Below, in pieces: positions 7,477 to 16,308 of a DNA stretch of 35,142 nt (its first letter is position 1; the number at the start of each line of letters is the position of its first letter). Origin of the DNA: a virus (taxonomy: Duplodnaviria; Heunggongvirae; Uroviricota; Caudoviricetes); IMG/VR virus record IMGVR_UViG_2526164668_000014; one strand, written 5' to 3'. Position numbers and translations under genes: made by a program. The notes beneath the pieces are model-generated. The model was not told the DNA's origin. It made no database searches and worked only from the letters and a program-made list of their open reading frames with translations.

Positions 7477-8526
7477 GTGCGGGTATTACTTAGACCTGTT
7501 CTGGTGCCTGAGCTTGGGCTGGTGGTCCTTAAGCCGGGCCGTGAATCCATACAGATATTTCATAATCCTCGAGTGCTGGTGGAACCGGAACCAAAAAGCA
7601 TGCGTAATCTGCCATCCGGAGTCGTTCCTGCCGTTCGCCAGCCGCTGGCGGAAGACAAAACATTGCTGCCGTTTTTTAGTAACGAACGGGTGATTCGTGC
7701 TGCTGGCGGCGTTGGCGCATTGTCCGACTGGCTATTACGTCATGTTACATCCTGCCAGTGGCCTAATGGCGATTACCATCACACTGAAACAGTCATTCAC
7801 CGTTATGGTACCGGCGCAATGGTGTTGTGCTGGCACTGCGACAACCAACTGCGTGACCAGACATCGGAATCACTGGAGCTGCTTGCTCAACAAAATCTGA
7901 CAGCATGGGTGATTGACGTCATCCGTCACGCAATAAGCGGTACGCAGGAGCGGGAATTATCTTTGGCTGAATTATCCTGGTGGGCGGTCTGCAATCAGGT
8001 GGTGGATGCACTACCTGAGGCTGTATCGCGTCGTTCGCTGGGATTACCAGCGGAAAAAATCTGCTCGGTGTACCGCGAAAGCGACATCGTACCGGGAGAG
8101 CAGACCGCCACCAGCATATTGAAACAACGCACAAAAAATCTTGCACCGTTGCCTTACGCCCACCAGCAACAAAAATCACCACAGGAAAAGACGGTGGTAA
8201 GCATCACCGTTGATCCAGAGTCTCCGGAATCTTTCATGAAGCTGCCTAAACGTCGCCGCTGGGTTAAGGAGAAATACACACGTTGGGTTAAGACACAGCC
8301 GTGTGCTTGCTGCGGTATGCCAGCCGACGATCCGCATCATCTGATTGGTCACGGGCAGGGCGGAATGGGAACAAAAGCACATGATCTCTTTGTGTTGCCT
8401 TTGTGCAGAAAGCATCACAACGAGCTGCATACGGATACAGTGGCATTTGAAGATAAGTATGGCTCCCAACTGGAGCTGATATTTCGTTTTATCGATCGCG
8501 CGCTGGCAATTGGCGTACTGGCGTAA
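7477..8526 (+). CDS. ydfU: YdfU (DUF968) protein with HNH-like Cys/His motif
   Basis: GTG start after GGAGGT; 349 aa; motif PCACCG...DDPHHLIGHGQ...CRKHHNELH. Confidence 0.85.
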   Translation: MRVLLRPVLVPELGLVVLKPGRESIQIFHNPRVLVEPEPKSMRNLPSGVVPAVRQPLAEDKTLLPFFSNERVIRAAGGVGALSDWLLRHVTSCQWPNGDYHHTETVIHRYGTGAMVLCWHCDNQLRDQTSESLELLAQQNLTAWVIDVIRHAISGTQERELSLAELSWWAVCNQVVDALPEAVSRRSLGLPAEKICSVYRESDIVPGEQTATSILKQRTKNLAPLPYAHQQQKSPQEKTVVSITVDPESPESFMKLPKRRRWVKEKYTRWVKTQPCACCGMPADDPHHLIGHGQGGMGTKAHDLFVLPLCRKHHNELHTDTVAFEDKYGSQLELIFRFIDRALAIGVLA

Positions 8527-8539
8527 GTGGAGAACGAGC

Positions 8540-9292
8540 ATGAACCTTGAAGCCTTACCAAAATATTACTCCCCAAAATCTCCAAAATTGAGCGATGACG
8601 CTCCAGCGACAGGCACCGGTTGTTTAACAATTACGGATGTAATGGCAGCGCAGGGGATGGTGCAGTCGAAAGCACCACTTGGGTTGGCCTTATTTCTGGC
8701 AAAAGTTGGTGTTCAGGACCCTCAGTTTGCGATTGAAGGCCTGCTAAATTACGCGATGGCACTGGATAACCCGACATTGAACAAATTGAGTGAAGAAATC
8801 CGGTTACAGATTATTCCTTACCTCGTGAGTTTTGCCTTTGCTGATTACTCCAGGTCTGCGGCAAGTAAGGCTCGCTGTGAGCATTGTTCAGGTACGGGAT
8901 TTTATAATGTATTGCGCGAAGTGGTGAAACACTACAGACGCGGGGAATCTGTAATCAAGGAAGAATGGGTGAAGGAACTATGTCAGCATTGCCATGGTAA
9001 GGGCGAAGCCAGCACAGCGTGCAGAGGGTGTAAGGGTAAAGGGATTGTTCTGGATGAAAAAAGAACCCGGTTTCATGGCGTACCGGTATATAAGATTTGT
9101 GGGCGTTGTAATGGAAACCGGTTTAGTCGTTTACCGACCACGCTGGCACGACGTCATGTCCAGAAGCTGGTACCAGACCTGACCGATTATCAGTGGTATA
9201 AGGGGTATGCGGACGTCATTGGTAAACTGGTAACAAAGTGCTGGCAGGAAGAAGCATACGCGGAAGCGCAATTGAGGAAGGTGACGAGATAA
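8540..9292 (+). CDS. quuQ: Late-gene antiterminator Q
   Basis: 250 aa MNLEALPKYYSPKSPKL...; Cys-rich zinc-binding region CEHCSGTG...CQHCHGKG...CRGCKGKG. Confidence 0.9.
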   Translation: MNLEALPKYYSPKSPKLSDDAPATGTGCLTITDVMAAQGMVQSKAPLGLALFLAKVGVQDPQFAIEGLLNYAMALDNPTLNKLSEEIRLQIIPYLVSFAFADYSRSAASKARCEHCSGTGFYNVLREVVKHYRRGESVIKEEWVKELCQHCHGKGEASTACRGCKGKGIVLDEKRTRFHGVPVYKICGRCNGNRFSRLPTTLARRHVQKLVPDLTDYQWYKGYADVIGKLVTKCWQEEAYAEAQLRKVTR

Positions 9293-9323
9293 ATGATTTT
9301 TGCTGAAGATGGCGACATGATGT

Positions 9324-9352
9324 TTGCATTCTTCAAAAAATATGGATAAAAT
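9324..9352 (+). promoter_or_regulatory. Candidate late promoter PR-prime
   Basis: TTGCAT-N17-TAAAAT immediately downstream of Q. Confidence 0.55.
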
Positions 9353-9398
9353 TTTTTCAACGATGGGCTTTGTATACCCGACGTTAAGAAAAAGTAGA

Positions 9399-9421
9399 AA
9401 ACCCGCTGATGAGCGGGTTTT
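9399..9421 (+). terminator. Candidate tR-prime terminator (Q antitermination target)
   Basis: CCCGC-TGATGA-GCGGG hairpin plus TTTTGTGCTTT, about 45 nt downstream of the candidate PR-prime -10. Confidence 0.6.
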
Positions 9422-9703
9422 GTGCTTTAAATGGGGCAATGGTAATGTCCCGGGACTCATGTCTGTTAACTTATTATTTAGCTGGTGACTTGGTTATTTG
9501 CCTGATGTTTAAAATGTTTTCTTCCAGTACAATGTCCCTAAACACAATGAGTCTGCTTATTATATTATTAGCAGAGCTATTACGGCCAAAGTACAGCATA
9601 AGCTTTTAAAGCCAATCAACCAGTCATCAAGACAGACGGGGTTATTCATAAAAACTCTCCATGTGTGATCCGATGGGGCCTGAAATTAAAGCTTTAATAT
9701 AGC

Positions 9704-9916
9704 TCATGAAAGGTAAACATTGGCAGCTGAAGGGCCACGCAGACCATTTATCCGGCAAAATTCCACGCGTAATCCGGTGGTAATTTCTTCTGCATCGCGG
9801 AGATTGAGCGCTGAAACATGAAGCTGGACATCGATACGACCATCGGATGGGGTGATAAGACCCTTGCCGCTTTTGCCGTCAAAGGTTTTGACAATTCCTG
9901 TCATTTTACGGGACAA
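9704..9916 (-). CDS. cspF: Cold-shock protein homologue CspF
   Basis: 70 aa [26 protein letters not shown]...; CspA-family OB fold. Confidence 0.9.
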
Positions 9917-10215
9917 AAAATTCCTTAATACTGATAACTTGGCGCACTATACACACGTTCCTGAAGAAAGCTATAGTTTTTTGATGGGGTTGAAGATGGC
10001 TGGATGTCTAAAATAAACATTGCTTCATATGTTCAACTATGCGTTAATGATTGCGTCGGTTTGAAGAACAGACGATATACGAAGTAGTTTACTAAAGCAG
10101 TTCTCATTTCAGGTGTTATTCACTTATTCCTTCTTTGAGTCTCTCCAATTAAGTACGAAGTCGTTTCTGTTATGCAAACCATTTATGCCGAAAGGCTCAA
10201 GTTAAGGAATGTAGA

Positions 10216-10431
10216 ATGTCAAATAAAATGACTGGTTTAGTAAAATGGTTTAACGCTGATAAAGGTTTCGGCTTTATTTCTCCTGTTGATGGTAGTAAAG
10301 ATGTGTTTGTGCATTTTTCTGCGATTCAGAATGATAATTATCGAACCTTATTTGAAGGTCAAAAGGTTACCTTCTCTATAGAGAGTGGTGCTAAAGGTCC
10401 TGCAGCAGCAAATGTCATCATTACTGATTAA
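10216..10431 (+). CDS. cspB: Cold-shock protein CspB
   Basis: 71 aa [37 protein letters not shown]...; long upstream leader typical of cold-shock genes. Confidence 0.9.
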   Translation: MSNKMTGLVKWFNADKGFGFISPVDGSKDVFVHFSAIQNDNYRTLFEGQKVTFSIESGAKGPAAANVIITD

Positions 10432-10713
10432 AATTCATCGCTCGTCTGTATACGATAACGAAGAAGGCTGATGCCTGAGTAGAGATACGGACAGAGTAGT
10501 GAATATTGGATCTCTTTAATAAAAAGTAAGGAGGTCCAATACATGAAACAATGGCTAGCATATTTGGCAAAATCTTAATCAGGAAAAGTATGCTAACCAT
10601 TGTGGTGAAGTGCAGGTTTGCTGCATGAATAGTTTTACAGCAGAAGCTAACTGCTGGCATGGCAAAACAAAGTGCGTAAGTGGATGACTCCCACAAAAAG
10701 CACCACAATCTCA

Positions 10714-10737
10714 AACCCGCTCAGGCGGGTTTTTTAT
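10714..10737 (+). terminator. Rho-independent terminator after cspB
   Basis: ACCCGC-TCAG-GCGGGT hairpin followed by TTTTTTATT. Confidence 0.55.
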
Positions 10738-10794
10738 TATCTGCTTTAAATATATTATTAAAATATAAAAAATACTTGTTACTAATAAAATCAA

Positions 10795-10965
10795 TCAGGC
10801 TACAGCTTTAAGATTTGTCTGGAATACTTTGTTGCAATGAGGGCAGATCAAAAGGGCACCTTTTTGTACTCTTGAAAAACTGTGTTCTGACTCTTGGGTG
10901 CAGTTTGGGCAGGAACATTTAACGAGATAATTACGGCGTGATTTTGAGTTTTTACGTTCTGACAT
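10795..10965 (-). CDS. YdfK/YnaE-like small zinc-ribbon protein
   Basis: MSERKNSKSRRNYLVKCSCPNCTQ...CPHCNKVF with two CxxC pairs; SD AGGAAA before this ATG; an upstream ATG at 11016 would give 73 aa. Confidence 0.65.
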   Translation of the reverse strand: MSERKNSKSRRNYLVKCSCPNCTQESEHSFSRVQKGALLICPHCNKVFQTNLKAVA

Positions 10966-11184
10966 AGGCTTTTCCTGTATAAATGGCCGTATACAGTACA
11001 CTAAATATGAAAACATTTCTCGTATTATTATTTTATATATGACTTTCTTTCAAAATAATTACCCACATTTTTAATGTGTATGTTTTTTTAGCGCCGTTGA
11101 GAACAACGTGTGCTGTCAAAACTACCCCGTAGACTCCGATCTTTTCAAACATATTGCACCATCCGTGTACATCGGGGTGAGGAT

Positions 11185-11400
11185 ATGAAATCAATGGATA
11201 AGTTAACAACAGGTGTTGCCTATGGCACATCGGCGGGTAATGCTGGTTTCTGGGCATTGCAGTTACTCGATAAAGTAACTCCGTCACAGTGGGCTGCAAT
11301 CGGTGTGCTGGGTAGCCTGGTTTTTGGCCTGCTGACGTATCTGACAAATCTTTATTTCAAGATTAAAGAAGACAGGCGTAAGGCTGCGAGAGGAGAGTAA
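11185..11400 (+). CDS. essQ: Class II holin (phage-21 S-type pinholin)
   Basis: 71 aa [28 protein letters not shown]...; Met1-Lys-Ser-Met4 dual-start motif; two transmembrane segments. Confidence 0.9.
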   Translation: MKSMDKLTTGVAYGTSAGNAGFWALQLLDKVTPSQWAAIGVLGSLVFGLLTYLTNLYFKIKEDRRKAARGE

Positions 11401-11404
11401 TCCA

Positions 11405-11712
11405 ATGACTCAAGACTATGAACTGGTTGTGAAAGGAGTCCGTAATTTTGAGAATAAAGTTACGGTAACTGTAGCCTTACAGGACAAAGAACGCTTTGAC
11501 GGTGAAATTTTTGACCTGGATGTCGCCATGGACCGTGTTGAAGGAGCTGCGCTGGAGTTTTATGAGGCAGCAGCCAGAAGGAGCGTCCGGCAAGTCTTCC
11601 TGGAAGTAGCAGAAAAATTGTCAGAAAAAGTTGAGTCTTATCTGCAGCATCAGTACTCCTTTAAGATTGAAAATCCTGCCAATAAGCACGAGCGTCCTCA
11701 TCATAAATATCT

Positions 11713-11716
<4 letters not shown>
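11405..11716 (+). CDS. ydfR: YdfR (DUF1327) protein between holin and endolysin
   Basis: 103-aa ORF tightly packed between essQ and the lysozyme gene. Confidence 0.8.
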
Positions 11717-12740
<1,024 letters not shown>

Positions 12741-13101
12741 GGTAATATTAAATCGGAACATTTACATCGCGGAATGTAAAATTTGAATAAAAAGGACTCT
12801 TCCATGAGCCAAAATTCCTGAAATCTTAAGGGTAAGATAAAAGGTCTTAATCAGAATGACACGTTTTATTAATAAATAAAGCTATTCTTTCATTGCTGTG
12901 TTTTTCTTTACAAAAGTAATCCTTGCTATGGGTGGTTAATCATGCGTTAATGGTGTTCTGGTTTGTTACAAATTTATCTGAAGCAGTCATTGTTATAATT
13001 TTATTATTTGTACCTCTTGAGATTTCCTTGTTGGTTTTTCTCTCTGATATTTTTTTCGGACCATTCTGCCCAAGGGCTAATTTCTTCAAAAGGTAATAAT
13101 T

Positions 13102-13314
13102 ATGTCTAACAAAATGACTGGTTTAGTGAAATGGTTTAACCCTGAAAAAGGTTTTGGTTTCATCACGCCGAAAGATGGCAGCAAAGATGTGTTTGTCCAT
13201 TTCTCAGCAATTCAGAGCAACGATTTCAAAACATTAACTGAGAATCAGGAAGTTGAATTTGGTATTGAGAACGGACCTAAAGGTCCTGCCGCTGTTCATG
13301 TAGTGGCGCTTTGA
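13102..13314 (+). CDS. cspI: Cold-shock protein CspI
   Basis: 70 aa [37 protein letters not shown]... Confidence 0.9.
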   Translation: MSNKMTGLVKWFNPEKGFGFITPKDGSKDVFVHFSAIQSNDFKTLTENQEVEFGIENGPKGPAAVHVVAL

Positions 13315-13402
13315 GGTAGACAATATTACAAACCATATTCACTTTAGATGCCCGTGTTGTCATGGTTCCCAGTATAGAACATCATCTTTTGATGTTTCTG
13401 AC

Positions 13403-13513
13403 ATGAATCCTTTCGGGGCAAAATGTATCTTTTGTAAATCAATGATGATTACATTTGATAATATTTCACAATACTTAAATGCCAGCCGTCTGTCGTTGGA
13501 TTTAAAAAAGTGA
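13403..13513 (+). CDS. YnfN-like small zinc-ribbon ORF (start uncertain)
   Basis: Frame open from 13304 encodes ...RCPCCHGSQYRTSSFDVSDMNPFGAKCIFCKS...; first in-frame ATG is at 13403, after the first Cys pair. Confidence 0.35.
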   Translation: MNPFGAKCIFCKSMMITFDNISQYLNASRLSLDLKK

Positions 13514-13521
13514 AAATGAAG

Positions 13522-13541
13522 GCTCCTTCGGGAGCTTTTTT
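13522..13541 (+). terminator. Rho-independent terminator
   Basis: GCTCC-TTCG-GGAGC hairpin followed by TTTTTTG. Confidence 0.5.
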
Positions 13542-13585
13542 GCTTGGTGTCTATTCGATGGATACTCACATACTACGGTAACATC

Positions 13586-13816
13586 ATGAAAAAAATCATA
13601 GTTTTTTTTAACTCTGAACCAGCAGTGGTAGTGCCAGCGATGACTGGAGTTAACACCATCATGCGTGAATATCCAAATGGCGAAAAAACACACCTTACTG
13701 TAATGGCCGCAGGGTTTCCATCTCTGACCGGAGATCATAAAGTCATTTATGTAGCCGCGGATCGACATGTTACTTCAGAAGAAATTCTGGAAGCAGCAAT
13801 AAGGCTCTTGAGTTGA
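13586..13816 (+). CDS. Hypothetical small protein (76 aa)
   Basis: ORF MKKIIVFFNSEPAVVVPAMTG... downstream of the terminator; no strong SD. Confidence 0.4.
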   Translation: MKKIIVFFNSEPAVVVPAMTGVNTIMREYPNGEKTHLTVMAAGFPSLTGDHKVIYVAADRHVTSEEILEAAIRLLS

Positions 13817-13987
13817 TTTGATGCTATTGCATTGATAATTCAGGAAAATTCTCTTTGTCTGTTTGTGTAAAATTTAGACTATCGTATGTTGATTATTGCG
13901 ATGTTTCATCTTATCTTTTACACGTTTGCACCATATAATCGACTTACTGTGTAACTGGAAAGTCATAACAGACTAAAAGAGGAAATG

Positions 13988-14161
13988 ATGAATATTGAAG
14001 ACTTAAAAACAAAAGCAGAAGCAGATATTTCTGAATATATAACAAAAAAAATTATTGAACTTAAGAAAAAGACCGGGAAAGAAGTTACCAGTATTCAGTT
14101 TACCGCACGGGAAAAAATGACGGGTCTTGAAAGCTATGATGTCAAGATTAATTTAATCTGA
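13988..14161 (+). CDS. gnsB: GnsB (GnsA/GnsB family small protein)
   Basis: Hand-translated 57-aa ORF MNIEDLKTKAEADISEYITKKIIELKKKTGKEVTSIQFTAREKMTGLESYDVKINLI, below the ORF-track cutoff; an extra in-frame ATG at 13985. Confidence 0.8.
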   Translation: MNIEDLKTKAEADISEYITKKIIELKKKTGKEVTSIQFTAREKMTGLESYDVKINLI

Positions 14162-14312
14162 TGTATTCAATAATAAAATTTATCCATAAACCTCGTTTTT
14201 ACGGGGTTTTGTTATATTTGAATGGTTCCGAATATCTAAATCACAATTGTTGATGGTTTTTATTAAACCAATGCAGTCCGGCTCAGGAGTGAGAGAAGCC
14301 GGACGTTATGGT

Positions 14313-14744
14313 TTAGCGTGGTAAGATCTGTGTAGTTTTCTGGATGCTTTCAGTAATTTTCTGGATGCTTTCAGTAAATAGTAATGAGTTATCAAAGGCA
14401 TAGTAATATCTTTGGTGTTCCTGGATATTTGTAACCCATCGGAAAACTCCTGCTTTAGCAAGATTTTCCCTGTATTGTTGAAATGTGATTTCTTTTGATT
14501 TCAACTTATTATAGGAGGTCTCTATAAGATGTTTGTTTCTGGAGAATTTAACATTTACGACCTTTTTGAGTCCTTTTACTAACACTATGTTGTCGTTTTC
14601 TAACACAATGTGAATATTATCTGTGGCTAAATAGTAAATATAAAGTGAGACATTGTGACGTTTTAGCTCAGAATAAAATAATTCACAGTTTAAATCTTTA
14701 CGCACTTGATCGAATATTTCTTTAAAAATGGCAGCCTGAGCCAT
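14313..14744 (-). CDS. ydfO: YdfO (DUF1398) protein with a 7-codon C-terminal duplication
   Basis: [33 protein letters not shown]...; 143 aa versus a remembered 136 aa for K-12. Confidence 0.85.
   Translation of the reverse strand: MAQAAIFKEIFDQVRKDLNCELFYSELKRHNVSLYIYYLATDNIHIVLENDNIVLVKGLKKVVNVKFSRNKHLIETSYNKLKSKEITFQQYRENLAKAGVFRWVTNIQEHQRYYYAFDNSLLFTESIQKITESIQKTTQILPR
14336..14377. repeat. Perfect 21-bp tandem duplication inside ydfO
   Basis: TTTTCTGGATGCTTTCAGTAA occurs twice in tandem, encoding [14 protein letters not shown]. Confidence 0.9.
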
Positions 14745-15044
14745 TGGTAAACCTTCCATGTGATACGATGGCGCGTAGTTAGCATTATCGTGTTTATTGT
14801 TTCAATCTGGTCTGACCTCTTTGTGTTTTGTTGATGATTTATGTCAAATATTAAGCCTGTTTTTAATGAATAGTGTTGATTGCGTAACAAAATTGAGCCT
14901 TGCTGGCATCCAGGAGGGATATGCAACCGACAGATGTATGTAAGGTCGATGTACTCAAACTTTCATACTTTTCCTCTTTTATGCAGTAAGATTTGAAGTA
15001 ATATTTTAACCGCTAGATGACGAGCAAACGCATGGAGCGACAAA

Positions 15045-15251
15045 ATGAATAAAGAACAATCTGCTGATGAACTCTCGTTGGATGTGATTCGTGTAAAAAA
15101 TATGCTTAATAGCACCATTTCTATGAGTTACCCGGATGTTGTAATTGCATGTATAGAACATCAGGTGTCTCTGGAAGCATTCAGGGCAATTGAGGCAGCG
15201 TTGGTGAAGCACGATAAGAATTCGAAGGATTATTCCCTGGTGGTTGACTGA
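15045..15251 (+). CDS. Hypothetical small protein (YnfO-position ORF)
   Basis: 68-aa [26 protein letters not shown]... Confidence 0.5.
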   Translation: MNKEQSADELSLDVIRVKNMLNSTISMSYPDVVIACIEHQVSLEAFRAIEAALVKHDKNSKDYSLVVD

Positions 15252-15271
15252 GCACCATAACTGCTAATCAT

Positions 15272-15439
15272 TCAAACTATTTCACCTGTGACAGAGTCAA
15301 TATCGCATTCTGTCACTGTCAGGCTAATACAGAGCTGCAATTCAACTACTGCAATGTCCTCGTAATTAGGTGAATTTACAATATCGTCCTGTTCGGATGC
15401 CGGTTGCATTGCTGAAGATGAGGCATTTATGGTTCGCAT
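15272..15439 (-). CDS. Candidate 55-aa ORF convergent with the previous gene
   Basis: Hand-translated MRTINASSSAMQPASEQDDIVNSPNYEDIAVVELQLCISLTVTECDIDSVTGEIV; SD-like GAGGGG before the ATG. Confidence 0.3.
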   Translation of the reverse strand: MRTINASSSAMQPASEQDDIVNSPNYEDIAVVELQLCISLTVTECDIDSVTGEIV

Positions 15440-15627
15440 ATTTTCCCCTCATGCTCGTCAGTCCTGTGCGTAGGAAGAAACAGGACACTCACACTAATTT
15501 GTGTGGGCATGCTGTGATGTCCTTCTGAATTATTCCTATGCCATTATGTAAAGCGCTGTATCAGATGCTCATCACGGCTGTCAGGCTGTCAGGCTGTCGG
15601 GTCCTCCCGGTGGGGGCCCCTGCCACG

Positions 15628-15639
15628 GGGCGGGAGCGT
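15628..15639. other. Candidate cosN cohesive-end site
   Basis: ACG-GGGCGGGAGCGT-CGCGG, GC-rich with partial dyad symmetry, resembles remembered lambda cosN GGGCGGCGACCT in its CGCGG context; about 175 bp upstream of the terminase small subunit. Confidence 0.5.
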
Positions 15640-15813
15640 CGCGGAAAAAGGCTAGTTTTTGAAATTTCATCCGTCATCACCACTACTGTAATAGATTGAT
15701 ATTACAGTATTTTTATTTTTGTGGTGTCGATTTTGATTGTTTTTTGTTCATCACTAACACCGTTTGCCTAAAGTCGTTCGCAAGATGCATGTTTAAAACA
15801 TTCTGGAGCGGGT

Positions 15814-16308
15814 ATGGATCGAGAGTTAAAAAATCTGACGCTGAATATCAGTCAATTGGCGGCACTGTCAGGTGTACATCGCCAGACTGCTGCGGCAAGG
15901 CTGCAAAATCTACCCGTTGCAGGGGGGCATGAAAGCAACCTCAAGCTTTATCGGGTGGTTGATATTGTGTCGGCATTTCTGGCATTACCACCGCCGGTTG
16001 CAGAAGGCGAAATGGACGCACATGAGCGCAAAGCCTGGTATCAGTCTGAACGTGAGCGTCTTAAGTTCGAACAGGAAACGGCACAACTCATTCCGGCCAG
16101 TGATGTCAGACGGGAGTTTGCCATCTGGGCAAAAGCGGTCGTGCAGGTGCTGGAGACATTACCGGATATTCTTGAACGTGACTGCGGTCTGCAGCCTGCC
16201 GCTGTGAGCCGTGTTCAGTCCATTATTGATGATCTGCGCGATCAGATAGCCCTGCGGGTGACTGAAGCAGGTGCGGATGATGAGGAGGAATTACAGCAGG
16301 AGGAGTAA
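15814..16308 (+). CDS. Terminase small subunit (Nu1/NohA-like)
   Basis: 164 aa; N-terminal HTH (LNISQLAALSGVHRQTAAARL), acidic C-terminus; stop overlaps the large-subunit ATG. Confidence 0.85.
   Translation: MDRELKNLTLNISQLAALSGVHRQTAAARLQNLPVAGGHESNLKLYRVVDIVSAFLALPPPVAEGEMDAHERKAWYQSERERLKFEQETAQLIPASDVRREFAIWAKAVVQVLETLPDILERDCGLQPAAVSRVQSIIDDLRDQIALRVTEAGADDEEELQQEE

Noticed and set aside
7137-7550. 137-aa minus-strand ORF
   Set aside because: Antisense across the coupled 92-aa ORF/ydfU junction; Pro/Arg-rich artefact
9409-9609. 66-aa plus-strand ORF after Q
   Set aside because: Its ATG lies inside the tR-prime hairpin, the product is low-complexity and it occupies the expected leader/terminator region
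9430-9700. Search for tRNA genes after Q and in other AT-rich gaps (12741-13100), and for CRISPR repeats anywhere
   Set aside because: No cloverleaf-compatible sequence with a T-loop GTTCGAATC-like motif and no regularly spaced direct repeats were seen
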